Shown here piece by piece: positions 12,960-24,278 of a DNA stretch of 64,000 bases. The translations under genes and the position numbers were made by a program. Position 1 is the stretch's first letter, and the number at the start of each line of letters is the position of its first letter. The DNA lies in the NCBI GenBank assembly GCA_044892525.1, contig CM097885.1, forward strand, positions 23,996,001 to 24,060,000, in the 5' to 3' direction. The notes beneath the pieces were generated by a model. That model worked only from the letters and a program-made list of their open reading frames with translations. It ran no database searches and was not told the DNA's origin. The DNA comes from Schmidtea polychroa. Lineage: Eukaryota.

Positions 12960-13920
12960 GACAAAAGGATCAAACAATGAAACACTGGATAGAAACATTA
13001 CATTGAACAAAAAATCGGTAACCGACCTCACAAATTGTCTATCTGAAGGTGCAAAAGGATTACTTTCACTAGGACCAAAGTTCAGTATAAACAGAAAAAT
13101 AGATGAAGCAGCCATCCTCAATTTCAAAACAGCTTTTTGTCGCATTGCGTACCAGATCAAATGGAACAATACAATACCTCATGAAAATGAAAATAGCGAA
13201 GAAAAGCTCCCAGTATACATAAACGCAGATAAACTCTATCAACTAAATCCTGATGCAGAATTAGATTCAACACTCTCAAAGGTCTGTCACAAAATTATGG
13301 AGATAGTTGAGAAGGAAAAAAGAAAACCATAACTCTCAAACCTATCGAAAGATGAACAAGCAATATTAAAATCCCTCGAAAAGAAACCATACGTTTACTT
13401 ACCAAGTGACAAGGGGGAGAATTTTGCATTATAGAGAAGAATCGGTACTTTGAAGCTGGTTACGAACACCTCGGCAATATCGAAACATACAAGAAAGTCA
13501 GCCGCATGTCACCAAACAATATCGAAATGAAGATCAACAAAGTATGGAAAGCCATAGCTTTGGAAATGAAGCTCAACAACAGAATAACCAACAGCTTCGT
13601 CACAAAAAATTCTGATCTTCCAAACTTCTACCACCTAATTAAAACTCACAAAGAGGATTCCGTTATCAAAAATAGGCCTATAGTGTTCAACAAAAATGGA
13701 CCAACAACTAAAACAAGTTGGCTCCTTGCAAAGATCTTGAAACCTTTATTGGACCACACCATCTTTAAAGCAGCGACTGCCTCATGACAAGATTAAATAA
13801 TAACAAAACTTCTCATAGAGAATTCAAATACCCATTCAGTCTTGATGTCTTATCACTATACACATCTATCGAACCAAAAGAGGCTATTCAATGTTTAAAA
13901 AAGAAATTAAGAGAAAGAGC
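12960..13920 (+). pseudogene. Penelope-like element, N-terminal part of reverse transcriptase (stops and frameshifts)
   Basis: LLSLGPKF, PSDKG, LPNFYHLIKTHK, RPIV..GPT and PFSLDVLSLYTSI motifs in successive frames. Confidence 0.85.
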
Positions 13921-13951
13921 AATTTCGATTGATTTAGTTTGAATTTTAATT

Positions 13952-13992
13952 CTACCTGAAGACCACAGTGATTTTGTCGAAATATATTGTAG
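13952..13992 (+). ncRNA. Minimal type I hammerhead-like ribozyme (PLE-associated), first of a pair
   Basis: CTAC-CTGAAGA-stem II(ACAG/TTGT)-C-GAAA-TATA-TT-GTAG; stem I CTAC/GTAG; palindromic stem III. Also at 41580-41620 and 55391-55431. Confidence 0.6.
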
Positions 13993-14260
13993 TAAAATAT
14001 ATATATATTAGATTTAGTGCTTTTCGTTATATCTAAATCAATGCCATTAAATAGTGATTGTTATAATAAATTTGAAAGTGACACTTTGTTTTTTTTCTAT
14101 TACTCAATAGAAGCTCTTTGGAATTGATGAAGAGATGTAGAATGTTAATGAAAGAATAACTATCAATGATTAAATTGGATATATGTGATAAAAATTATGA
14201 ATTTAGTCTATTTCTGTTCTTGCTTAGAAGATGTTCAGATGTTGATTTTGAATTTCAATT

Positions 14261-14301
14261 CTTCCTGAAGATCACAGTGATTCTGTCGAAATATATTGTA
14301 G
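14261..14301 (+). ncRNA. Minimal hammerhead-like ribozyme, second tandem copy
   Basis: CTGAAGA-TC-ACAG-TGATT-CTGT-C-GAAA-TATATT-GTAG, 309 bp downstream of the first. Also at 41887-41927 and 55700-55740. Confidence 0.55.
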
Positions 14302-14767
14302 TAAAAAATACATAAATACAAGGAGCCCAAAAATTATTTGACGATTATAGAAGAGTTAGTTGATAAAATATTGGAACATGAATTAAACAAGGAAATATTA
14401 ATAAATACTTGGAATTGTGACCTTATCTTTTGAATCTGATTAAAAACGATAATTTACAAGATGTTCTAGGAAATTCGAAAACGGTGACCAAATATATGAT
14501 TTCTTTATAAAGAAGCTATTTCAGAACGATTACCATAAAGGATATGGTGTAGAGATATTCATTATAGAATGTGTTAATTATGAGGAAGAGAAAAGATTCT
14601 CAATGTTTTATCCAAAAATATTTTAAAAAAAGATTGAAATTAGTTTAAATAAAAAACTAAAGAAAAGATAAGTTTTTAGTGCTTAATTTATAAAATGAAA
14701 TTTATGGAGTTATCTAATAATTTGCAAACCAATATTAATGTTTTAACGAATGAGAATCCTTATATAG

Positions 14768-16736
14768 CAACGGTGGGCAAATGCGGCTCTTCGTTGAGTA
14801 AACTGCGGCTCATTGATAATTGAATTCTTGATAATCGAATTCGATTTTTTATTTTGAAATTTTTCACTAAATGTTTTGAGAAAAAATTTTTTGTTGCAAT
14901 TGTTGTTTCATAAATGTCAAAAAATAACGAAACATTGTTTTTCACATTTTACTGCTTTTTAAAATTATTTTGTAGTAGGCGGCGCTTTGTTATAACAACG
15001 AGAGTGAAGCATCAAAAATAAATTTAGTGAATTTTGATTGGTTATTATTTTGTTTGTACAAGATTGCGGTCGTTTGTATATTTTAGTATAGTTTTCTATT
15101 CGTGTTTTTTGAAAAATTTGGTAAGAAGAATTTTTTATGAAGCATTTTAAAATTTTAAACTAATTAAAATTAAATTAATGTCTTTTTATTATTTTGTTTA
15201 AATTTCAGCCATATAGTTATTTAAATTTATTATTATAATGACATCAGAAAACATCAAAAAACGAAAATACAGACAAGAAAATAGAACTTCTCAAGAAGAA
15301 TGGACAGAAAAGTTTTTTTTATTGACAATAATGGTAAATCGTTGTGTCTTATTTGTAAAGGTACAATTTCCAACTACAAAGTAACCAATTTACGTCGACA
15401 CTATGAAGTAAGTCATCCACACTTATCAATTCTATATCCACTCAATTCAAACTTGCGGACAGAAAAACTTAAGTCATTGCAATCAGGGCTTCAAGCCCAA
15501 CAAGGACTATTATCTACTTTTAGTCGAGAAGATGACAGTGCCAACGAAGCTAGTTTTTTGATAGCTTGGAATATAGCTCGTGCTAAACGTCCATATGGAG
15601 AAGGTGAATTTATTCAGAGAAACTTGGAAGAAGTGATTAAAGTTTTGGATCCGGACAACTCAAAACTACATAAATTGATCTCACGTATTCCTATTTCACG
15701 TCGTACAACTGAGCGTCGAATTGGCCAAATTAGCGAAAATGTTGAAAATAATTTGATGTGTGATTTAAAAAATTGTACAGCATTCAGTTTAGCTCTCGAC
15801 GAGTCTACTGACATTCAGGATGTTCCACAATTAGCCGTTTTTGTCCGCTTTGTATCTTCTGACGTAAAAGTGAAGGAAGAAATGTTAGACCTAGTAGCTC
15901 TTCTCGAAACAACTCGCGGTATCGATGTCAAAATTTAGTTTTGAAGCTAAACTTCGGCTTTTTGTGAACGATCTTAGGTCGAAAATATTTAATCATTTTC
16001 CACGAATAAAAGCTAATATAATTGATATTACAGAAGAAAAAGTAAACGAATACAGTGAAAAATTGGAAGAATTGCAAGAATTGCAAGCGGATTTCAAATG
16101 TAGGTTTGAAGATTTGAAAAGTTATAAATCTACATTTGCATTTTTTGTGAACCCATTTATTTGTGATATTATTGAAGATGGATTTCCAATTTCTGAAGTA
16201 ATACTTGTTAAAAAAGCGGTTGGGGAATTGGAGTTATTAGATATGAAAGAGGACCAGGCTTTGCAAATGCACCATAAATCTACTTCTATAGTTGAATTTT
16301 GGAAACTCGTACCAGAGGCAAAATATCCACACTTAAAACAAGCTGCTTGCCGTCTAATTTCAATTTTTGGTACAACATATTGTTGTGAATCTTTGTACTC
16401 CACAATGAAGTTCGTAAAGTCGAAATATCGTTCACAGTTGACCAATCAGCATCTTACAGATTTGCTGCGAACAGCTTTAACAAAGTATACACCAAATTTC
16501 AAAGATTTGACCAAAAGTCTTCGTTAATTCAAGAAATTTTATTACTTTTTATTAATGGATTTTTATGTTTGTTACTTAATGTTTGAAATAATTATTTTGT
16601 TTTTTTTAATAGCGTTTAAGTCTCTTTAATCAATTTAATGAAATAAAAAAAATATGTACTTTACTATGGTGGCTCTATGGTAAAAAATAAATTTTCGGAA
16701 AATGGCTCTTATTGAACCCATGCGTGCCCACCCTTG
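14768..16736 (+). mobile_element. hAT transposon, Buster/SPIN-like, internally deleted (1969 bp)
   Basis: TIRs CAACGGTGGGCA / TGCCCACCCTTG (11/12 match); 8-bp TSD TTATATAG with central TA (14760-67, 16737-44). Confidence 0.93.
15238..16527 (+). pseudogene. Buster-type hAT transposase (GTF2IRD2/ZBED-like), frameshifted and missing its central region
   Basis: ATG at 15238 (MTSENIKKRK..EEWTEKF) with a frameshift in the T-run at ~15315; CLIC..H..H BED finger; FSLALDESTD; junction at ~15935; C-terminal dimerisation motif FGTTYCCESLYSTMK. Possible 5'UTR intron 15121-15208. Confidence 0.9.
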
Positions 16737-16939
16737 TTATATAGTGTCAGCAGTTTACACCGATAAGATCACCAAAAGATTGTTGCCAAAGGTCGTTTGT
16801 TAAATTGATGACTCGGAGAAGTTCATTAGAAGATGCGAGATTTATTTCGATGATAAAGGTATAAAAAAGAAATAAAATGAACAGAAAAGATTCTCTGCAT
16901 GCATGATTGACGAGGATCAATTGGAGAAGAAAAAGAAGA

Positions 16940-17377
16940 AGCAATATTTCTATCTTAATATCCCATTCATCAGTGACTTACTGGATTTCGAGATCTTTAA
17001 AGAACTTAAACGCATCGGTCGTTCGATTCAGATAGCACATAAATCTTGGACATTGAGTAAAACTCTGGCAAACAACACAAATAAAGAAAACAATTGCACA
17101 ATGGAAAACTGCCAGACACCGAAAGATATGTGCTTTAGAAAAAAACTATGTTTATTGCATCACGTGCAATTTATGCAAGGAAATATACATTGTAAGTACA
17201 CTCAGGACCTTGCACCAAAGAGTTAAAGAACATCTAGATCCTGGTGGGAAATCTTCGGTGAACATACATCTCCAACATTGTCAACCAAAAAAAGAAAGAA
17301 AAAATATTTCAATCAAAATCGTAGCCAATGGAAACAATCAAAAAAAGTGCTGGAACCTGACATTGTCGTCTGAATGA
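16940..17377 (+). pseudogene. Penelope-like GIY-YIG endonuclease fragment
   Basis: YLNIPF, then after a frameshift KNYVYCITCNLCKEIYIVSTLRTLHQRVKEH. Confidence 0.8.
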
Positions 17378-17619
17378 AAGACTTAATAATCATAAGAGAT
17401 ATTATGAGGAAGTTTTATGATGAAGAAATTTTTAAATATAAAATTTTAAAAATAAAATTTTAGATTAATTTTTAAAAAAATAATAAAAAGATATTTTAAT
17501 TAAAAATATCTTCGTAGAAAATTTGTTTAAATAAGAAAGTTTAAAGAAGATATAATTTGATACTGATATTTACTGAAATAAAATTTATGGAAACAAACAC
17601 TGATTTTAATGTTTTACAG

Positions 17620-17908
17620 GATGAACATCCTAATATGGTGGCAGCGGTAAACACTGACGCAATCACCGAAAGATTGCTACCAAAGGTATTCTGCCAAGGT
17701 GACGACTTGGAAAAGTTCATTAAAAGATGCGAAATTTATTTCGACGCCAAGGGAATCACGCAGAAGAAAGATCATGAAAGATTAACATCTTGCATGATTG
17801 ATGAGGATCTCCTGGAAGTGTACGCCAAAACACTGAAAAAAGCCGAAGGATTCCAGGCTAGGTTGCGATTGGCATTCGATCGCGAAACAGATGTTTTAAA
17901 GGATCTAC
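17620..17908 (+). pseudogene. Gypsy gag N-terminal fragment with tRNA-Leu-type PBS
   Basis: TGGTGGCAGCGGT at 17636-48; nearly identical to the start of the 53395 ORF; truncated after DVLKDL. Confidence 0.65.
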
Positions 17909-19209
17909 TTTGTTTTTGCACATTTTTCTTTAATTAATATCTCAATTACTCCACAATGACCTTCCTGATAAATATTCGTTATTTCAAACATCAATGGTTA
18001 TTTTACATCATAACCCGAATAGAATTTCATTAAACTCTGTTACAAAAATATTTTCCTTCCATTTCTGGTATTTTCTGTTATATTCTCTTTGTCATTCAAT
18101 GTAAAACATTCAGAACTGAACTCGAAATCTTTTCTGAATCAAAACATTTATTTGGTTTTTGGATTAGTTTATATATTATATAATTTAGATAAATTTAAAC
18201 AAATTAATTATTAACTTAAATGATATTCAAATTTATAATATTTTCCAAAAAAATATATAAAATTTATAAAGTTTAAAAATAAATTGTAAAAAAAATTTTA
18301 TTCTTTTGAAATATTTGGTCGCAAATATCAGAATATGACAAATTTTGTTTTTTTAAAATATATTTTTATACTAAATTCACTTTTTCTTATTTATAATACA
18401 ACACCAATTATATCTAAATTACTAATAAATTATTTTTTAAACGCTTTATTAAACTTAATATTAAATATGTATTTAATAATTTATAGCATAAGCAAAATAA
18501 ATAATTTTAAATGACTATTAAAATAAAAATAATAATATTTTACAATTTAAAAATTATTATTTATTTTAAATAATATTTAATTTTATTGATATATATTTTA
18601 AATAAATTATCATTTTAAAATTCTTTGACTTAAACGAAGAGTGTTCATTAAAAATATTTTTTTACAAAGTTTATTTCAATACAAATTTAATAAATTATTT
18701 TAAAATCTTTATATATTTCAAATTTTAAAAATATTGAAAAATATATTGTTCGATTTTAAAAATTTATATATAATTTTTTTCTGATTTCAGGTGTCTTTAA
18801 AAAAATTAACAATTACAACTTTCAACATGTTATATGAAAAATTGTATTTTAAAATACGGAAATGTTTAAACATGCTTTACACAAACTTTAATTTAAAGCT
18901 TCACAAACTCGTTAAATATTAAATTGTATTCTTAAGTTATAAAAATTTATCTAATTCCCCAAAATATTAATTTCAAATTTTCATTACAATAACCTATAAA
19001 CGGCATTCATTGGCTTTCCTAATTTATATTTTAAAATATTTATATTAAATAAAAAAGAAAATAAGTCAATTAAATACACATGATTAATCGTTTAAAATTT
19101 CTGTTAATATTAAAATTAATAAAAAGCGCAATTGACTGGATTTTATTTAATGTCCATTTAGTCATTATCAATTGCGCTTTGGTTTACACCAAACACCACT
19201 GAGAACCGT

Positions 19210-19437
19210 TTCCTATAATATAACAAAAAAATCAATAATCTTACATTATAGAAACATACATACTTACTTTGATTTCACGCTGATGTTCTAATTTATAGCT
19301 CAGTGAGATACATCTTATATTTTAGAAAACTGAAAAGTGGAAGGAAAATTAAAAACTGCACACAAACGCAACACATACTAAAAAGCACATACAAATTTTT
19401 GATTCGTATAAATGTAACGATGAGATACGTTTCTATA
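19210..19437 (-). promoter_or_regulatory. Inverted, diverged paralogue of the promoter/exon/donor cassette
   Basis: Reverse strand reads TATAGAAACGTATCTCA...TATGTGTTGCGTTTGTGTG...CCACTTTTCAGTTTTCTA...AA|GTAAGTATGTATGTTTCTATAAT, collinear with the + cassette at 20049-20240. Confidence 0.55.
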
Positions 19438-20857
19438 ATAAACTTTATTTTTGACAATTTTTAGAAAAAAAGATCGTTGAAAATTTTTAAAATTATATTT
19501 TTAATGAAAATATTAAGAGCAGATGAATTTGGTTCAATATCATTTCAATCCAGATTTGATTTCCTGAAAGAAGCTCCTCATATTGAGCTCAGAAAAAAAA
19601 TTACAAAAATTATTTTAATCATCGATTTTCCCCAAAATGTTTTAAAAAAATAAATATTTTAGGTGATTGATTTATTTATTTCATTAACTATAATTAAAAA
19701 TATATCGGACTCACATTTTTTTGAAATAATTCTAAAATAAATAGAGCTAAATATCATAAAATTCCTAGAAACCCTGAAAATTAATTAAAATAATATATAA
19801 TTATACTGTTGATTAAAAGTAATATTTAAGAACTTGAATAATGATCTCATATCTCATATGGATCAGAATTCAAGTCTTAAAATTTACTTTAAATAAAAAA
19901 AATTACTTGAAAGCCATTTGTAAAATGGCTAAAATAAATTTCCAAAATATATAAATGAGACATGATAAATTGACAAAGATGATTTACAATTACAACCAAT
20001 TACAATTGGTAAATAAATTGGTGAGTGAATTTACACGCCAACCACCACTATAGAGAACGTATCTCAGTGGTGTTTGGTGTATATGTGCTGTATTTGTGTG
20101 TTAATTTTATTTTTCTACCACTTTCTCACCTTCTATATAAATGATTTTATTCATTAAAACATTAAAATTTAAAGCGCAGGTAAGTTTGTGTGTTTCCATA
20201 ATACAGTCAGTCTATTGAATTTCTTTGTATAATATAACTTCTTATATATTGAAAGTAAATAAAAGAAAGAATTTTAAATTTATTATGACAAAGTTTGAAT
20301 AATTGCAAGCTGTTGAGAAATGAAATTTTTTATGAAATAATTTTGTAAGATAATTTTAAATAGAAAGTTTTATGAAATAATTTTCAAAGGCAAAATTTAA
20401 TACAAATTTTTATTAAATTAATTTCAAAGATCGATTTCAATTAATTTCTTCTACTAAAAATATTAGTAAACAAGGGTTATATTTGGTAAATAAGTAAATG
20501 AAGGGCTAAATTTTAAAAACTAGTAATAAACTTTGAAAGATAATGAGAATAATTTAATTTTAAGTAAATTAAGAGTCTAAAAATTGATCAAATTAAATTA
20601 TGGGCTTTTATTTTTAAAAAAAAGTAATCATTGTTCAAAGATTTTAAAAATTTAAGTAATATTTTTAAATTAAGTAAAATAAATAAAAATTTTAAATTAA
20701 AGTAAATTTTTAAATAAGTTAATTAAAGTAATAATTTTAATTTTATAATCCAAAAGTTTGAATGATAGGCAGCTTTTGAGAAATGAAAATCTTTAATGAA
20801 AGTTTTTATGAAATAATTTTTAAAGAAAATTTAGATGCAAATTTCGCAAATAATAAT

Positions 20858-20893
<36 letters not shown>

Positions 20894-23800
20894 TCAATCA
20901 AATACTTAACAACTAAAGACTTTATTAACAACACATAAAAAATAACTATAATAATAAATAAAAATTAACAAGACAGTGATAAAGATACAAAATTTATTCA
21001 TCATTATATATTTGCTTATAATAAGCTTTTCTTAATTCAGGAAGAAGAATATTTCTTAAATTCTTGTCAAAATCTAAAATTCAACCAGATACCTACAACC
21101 AAAATACTAACAAATATGTACTATCTAGGTATTATTTACATTCAGATAATAAATACCAACTATCAGCTGCTAAGGATTTTTAACTAGGTACTAACAAATA
21201 AGTACCAAATACTTACAACTAAGAACTTACAACCAGATAGCTGCTACCATGTATTAACAACCAACAAACAACTAGCTACTAACAGATTAGTTTCAAAGAT
21301 TATTTACTAACAATCAACAACAACCAACTAACTAGGTACCAGATAACAAATACTAAGTAACTCTCAAACAACCAGATACTAAAGACTTACAACCAGGTAT
21401 TTACAATCAACTAAATATTCTTCATTGTATTTTATCAAATGCTTTTTAAATAAATCAACCTTTTATATGTATTAAATTCAAAAATATATTTAATTACAAT
21501 CAGTAGAAAAACATTTTCTGTCTAAGTCTAAATTTAACAAAAATATTGATTTTCGTCAAAAATGAATAATTATCAACTCAAACACTTTAAAACACTACGT
21601 GAAATTGAAAATAATTCAAATATTTTAAAATAACAACGAAAGACTATAGAATTTTAATTTTTATTCACAAAAGATCTGCTCAACTTTTAATTGATTACTA
21701 ATATTCGTACTGCCTTAAAACATTTATTAATGAAATGTAATAAGATTATATTAATTGAAAATAGTCAATAATTTGCAATTTGTCATTAATCAGTTGTTGA
21801 AATCTAATTTTATGTTAACATGAAGAAAAAATCTTTGCCTATTTCACAAAGTAATTATAGCCTCTTGACATGAGTAAACTTTCTAATTAGGAATTCATTA
21901 ACAAGTCATCTATATAGGGAAGAAGGCTTTCTACATTCATTCAATAACAGACAAATGTGAAATATAAACAGTAATATTAAATATAATAATGAATATTGGA
22001 ACTCCATGTCGATGCCAATGCTGACACTTTACCAAAGATAATGACTTATCGATGACTCATCGTTTAAATGTGGGTACTGTTTTATTTTTTTGCACATCCC
22101 CTTTCTGTATGACTCATCGAAGACTTATTTTTTTTAGAACAAAGACAATGCATCATTTATTTTTAGAACAAAGACTCGTCAAACGATTCATCATCTATTT
22201 TTTAGAACAGACTCATAAAACAGGACTCCACTAGAACAAAGATCTTATTACTATTATTATTATTATTATTATTATTAATATTATTGTTATTATTACTATT
22301 ATTATTATTATTTTCAAAATATTATTTAAAACAATAAAGTGATAATTTAAACCTTTAGCTGTAAATAATGTATTTAATGAAAAAACATTTTCGACTATAA
22401 GATAGTCTTTGTCAATCTCCTGGAACTTTGCAATCTTCTTCCCGAAAATACATTTCTTTCTTTCTTTTATTTCCTTTTTCTTAATTCTCATTGAGAATTA
22501 ATTCTTATTGAGACCAATTACTGAGTTATTCTAAAATATATTTATAATTATCTAGAAATATATTTAAAAATTATCTAACAATATATTTAAAATTATCTAA
22601 CAATATAAATTTTTTCAATGACATTTTTACATGAAAATTAAGGTCTAAAATTTTCAATTTGTAAATTAATGGTTTAATTTTAAATTAAAGTAAATTTAAA
22701 AAAGTCTATATTTTTAAACTTAAATAAATTAAGGATAAATAAGCAAATTAAGGTCTAATATTTTCAATTAAATTAAATTAAGGGTCTAAATTTTTATATT
22801 GAATTAATCAAGGATCAAAAATTAAACTAAAGTAAATTAATGATAAATAGGTTAATTATGGTCGAAAATTTTAAATTAAGTTCTAAATTTTTAAACTTAA
22901 GTAAATTAAGGGTTCAAATTAGTAATTTAAGGACCAAATTTTAAAATTAAGTAAATTAAAATAAATAGGTGAATTAAGGTTAAGTTTTAAATTAAAGTAA
23001 TTTAGTTCAAAATTTTAAATTAAAGTAAATTAATGTAAAATTTTAAATTAAATTAATAATTTATTGTCAGATATTTTGAATAACTATCATCTGATGAGAA
23101 ATAAAAATTTAAAATGAAAACTTTTATAAAATATTTTTCTATGACAATTTTATATAAATATTTTTATGAATAAATTTTAGATGGAAATAATGTAAATTAA
23201 GGGATACATTTTTAAATTAAAGTAATCAATGGTCTATATTTTAAACTTCTATATTTGGTAAACAAGGGTTAAATTAAAGTAAATTAATGATAAATAGGTA
23301 AATTAAGGTTTAAAATTTTATACTTGAGTAATCAATGGTCTAGAATTAAATTAAAATTAAAATTTTTAAATTATAGTAATACTTTTAAATTAAGTAAATT
23401 AAAGTAAAAATTTTAAAATTACAGTAATAATTTATTGTCAGATATTTTAAAAAACTATCAACGATGAGAATTGACAATTTCAGATGCAAATCTTTTTGAA
23501 ATAATTTTCAATGATAAATTTAAATAGAATTTTAATGAAATAATAATAAGAGATATATATAAAAAAAGTAATTAAATGCTAAAATTTAAAATTAAGAAAA
23601 TTAAAGGATTTAATTTTAAATTAAGTAATAAATTTTGAAAAATGATGAGAATTAGTAGTATGAATTAAAGAAAATTATGACTAAGTTAATTAGATTTAAA
23701 GAACACTACAGTGTTAATTCTAACCATTTTACAATAATATTTTTTATCAAAGTTCATATCTTGATTTAGTTAATTTTAATTGAATGTAATGACAAATTCC

Positions 23801-24120
23801 AGCGTGTTGTCTTCAATTTTAATGAATTATTTTGAAAGATTATTTAGATAAATTTTGGTGTCTATTCATTAGTAATTTTTTTAGAGTTGATGGTTTTTGA
23901 GAATTTTTATCATTTTCGTGAATTTCATGTGGATTGAATGAATATTTAAAAATTTAAAGTTAGTTCTAAGATAAATTTAATTAATTTCTTGATAATTGGA
24001 TGCATTTTTATTGATTGATTTTTAATTTTAAATAAAAATTATTTTTAATGACAGTTAGGTTAATTATCAAGTGATAGGATATGACTTTGTAATGTAATTG
24101 AATTTGACTTAGTAGTTTTA
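19284..24120. repeat. Block A, copy 3
   Basis: Offset 14362 bp from copy 2. Confidence 0.95.
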
Positions 24121-24167
24121 CAGGGTTTCCAAAAAGGTTTCATCCTTTTCCAGAAAAGTTTCATATT
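24121..24167 (+). mobile_element. Solo left TIR of the Tc1 element
   Basis: Identical to 9759-9805, then joined to an internal block A position. Confidence 0.9.
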
Positions 24168-24242
24168 ATGAAAATCTTTAATGAAAGTTTTTATGAAATT
24201 ATTTTTAAAGAAAATTTAGATGCAAATTTCGCAAGTAATAAT

Positions 24243-24278
<36 letters not shown>

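Larger units (their letters stand above)
11086..19283. repeat. Block B (TE-fragment mosaic), copy 1
   Basis: Repeated at 38734-46909 and, with an extra ~1 kb, at 51797-60722. Confidence 0.95.
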
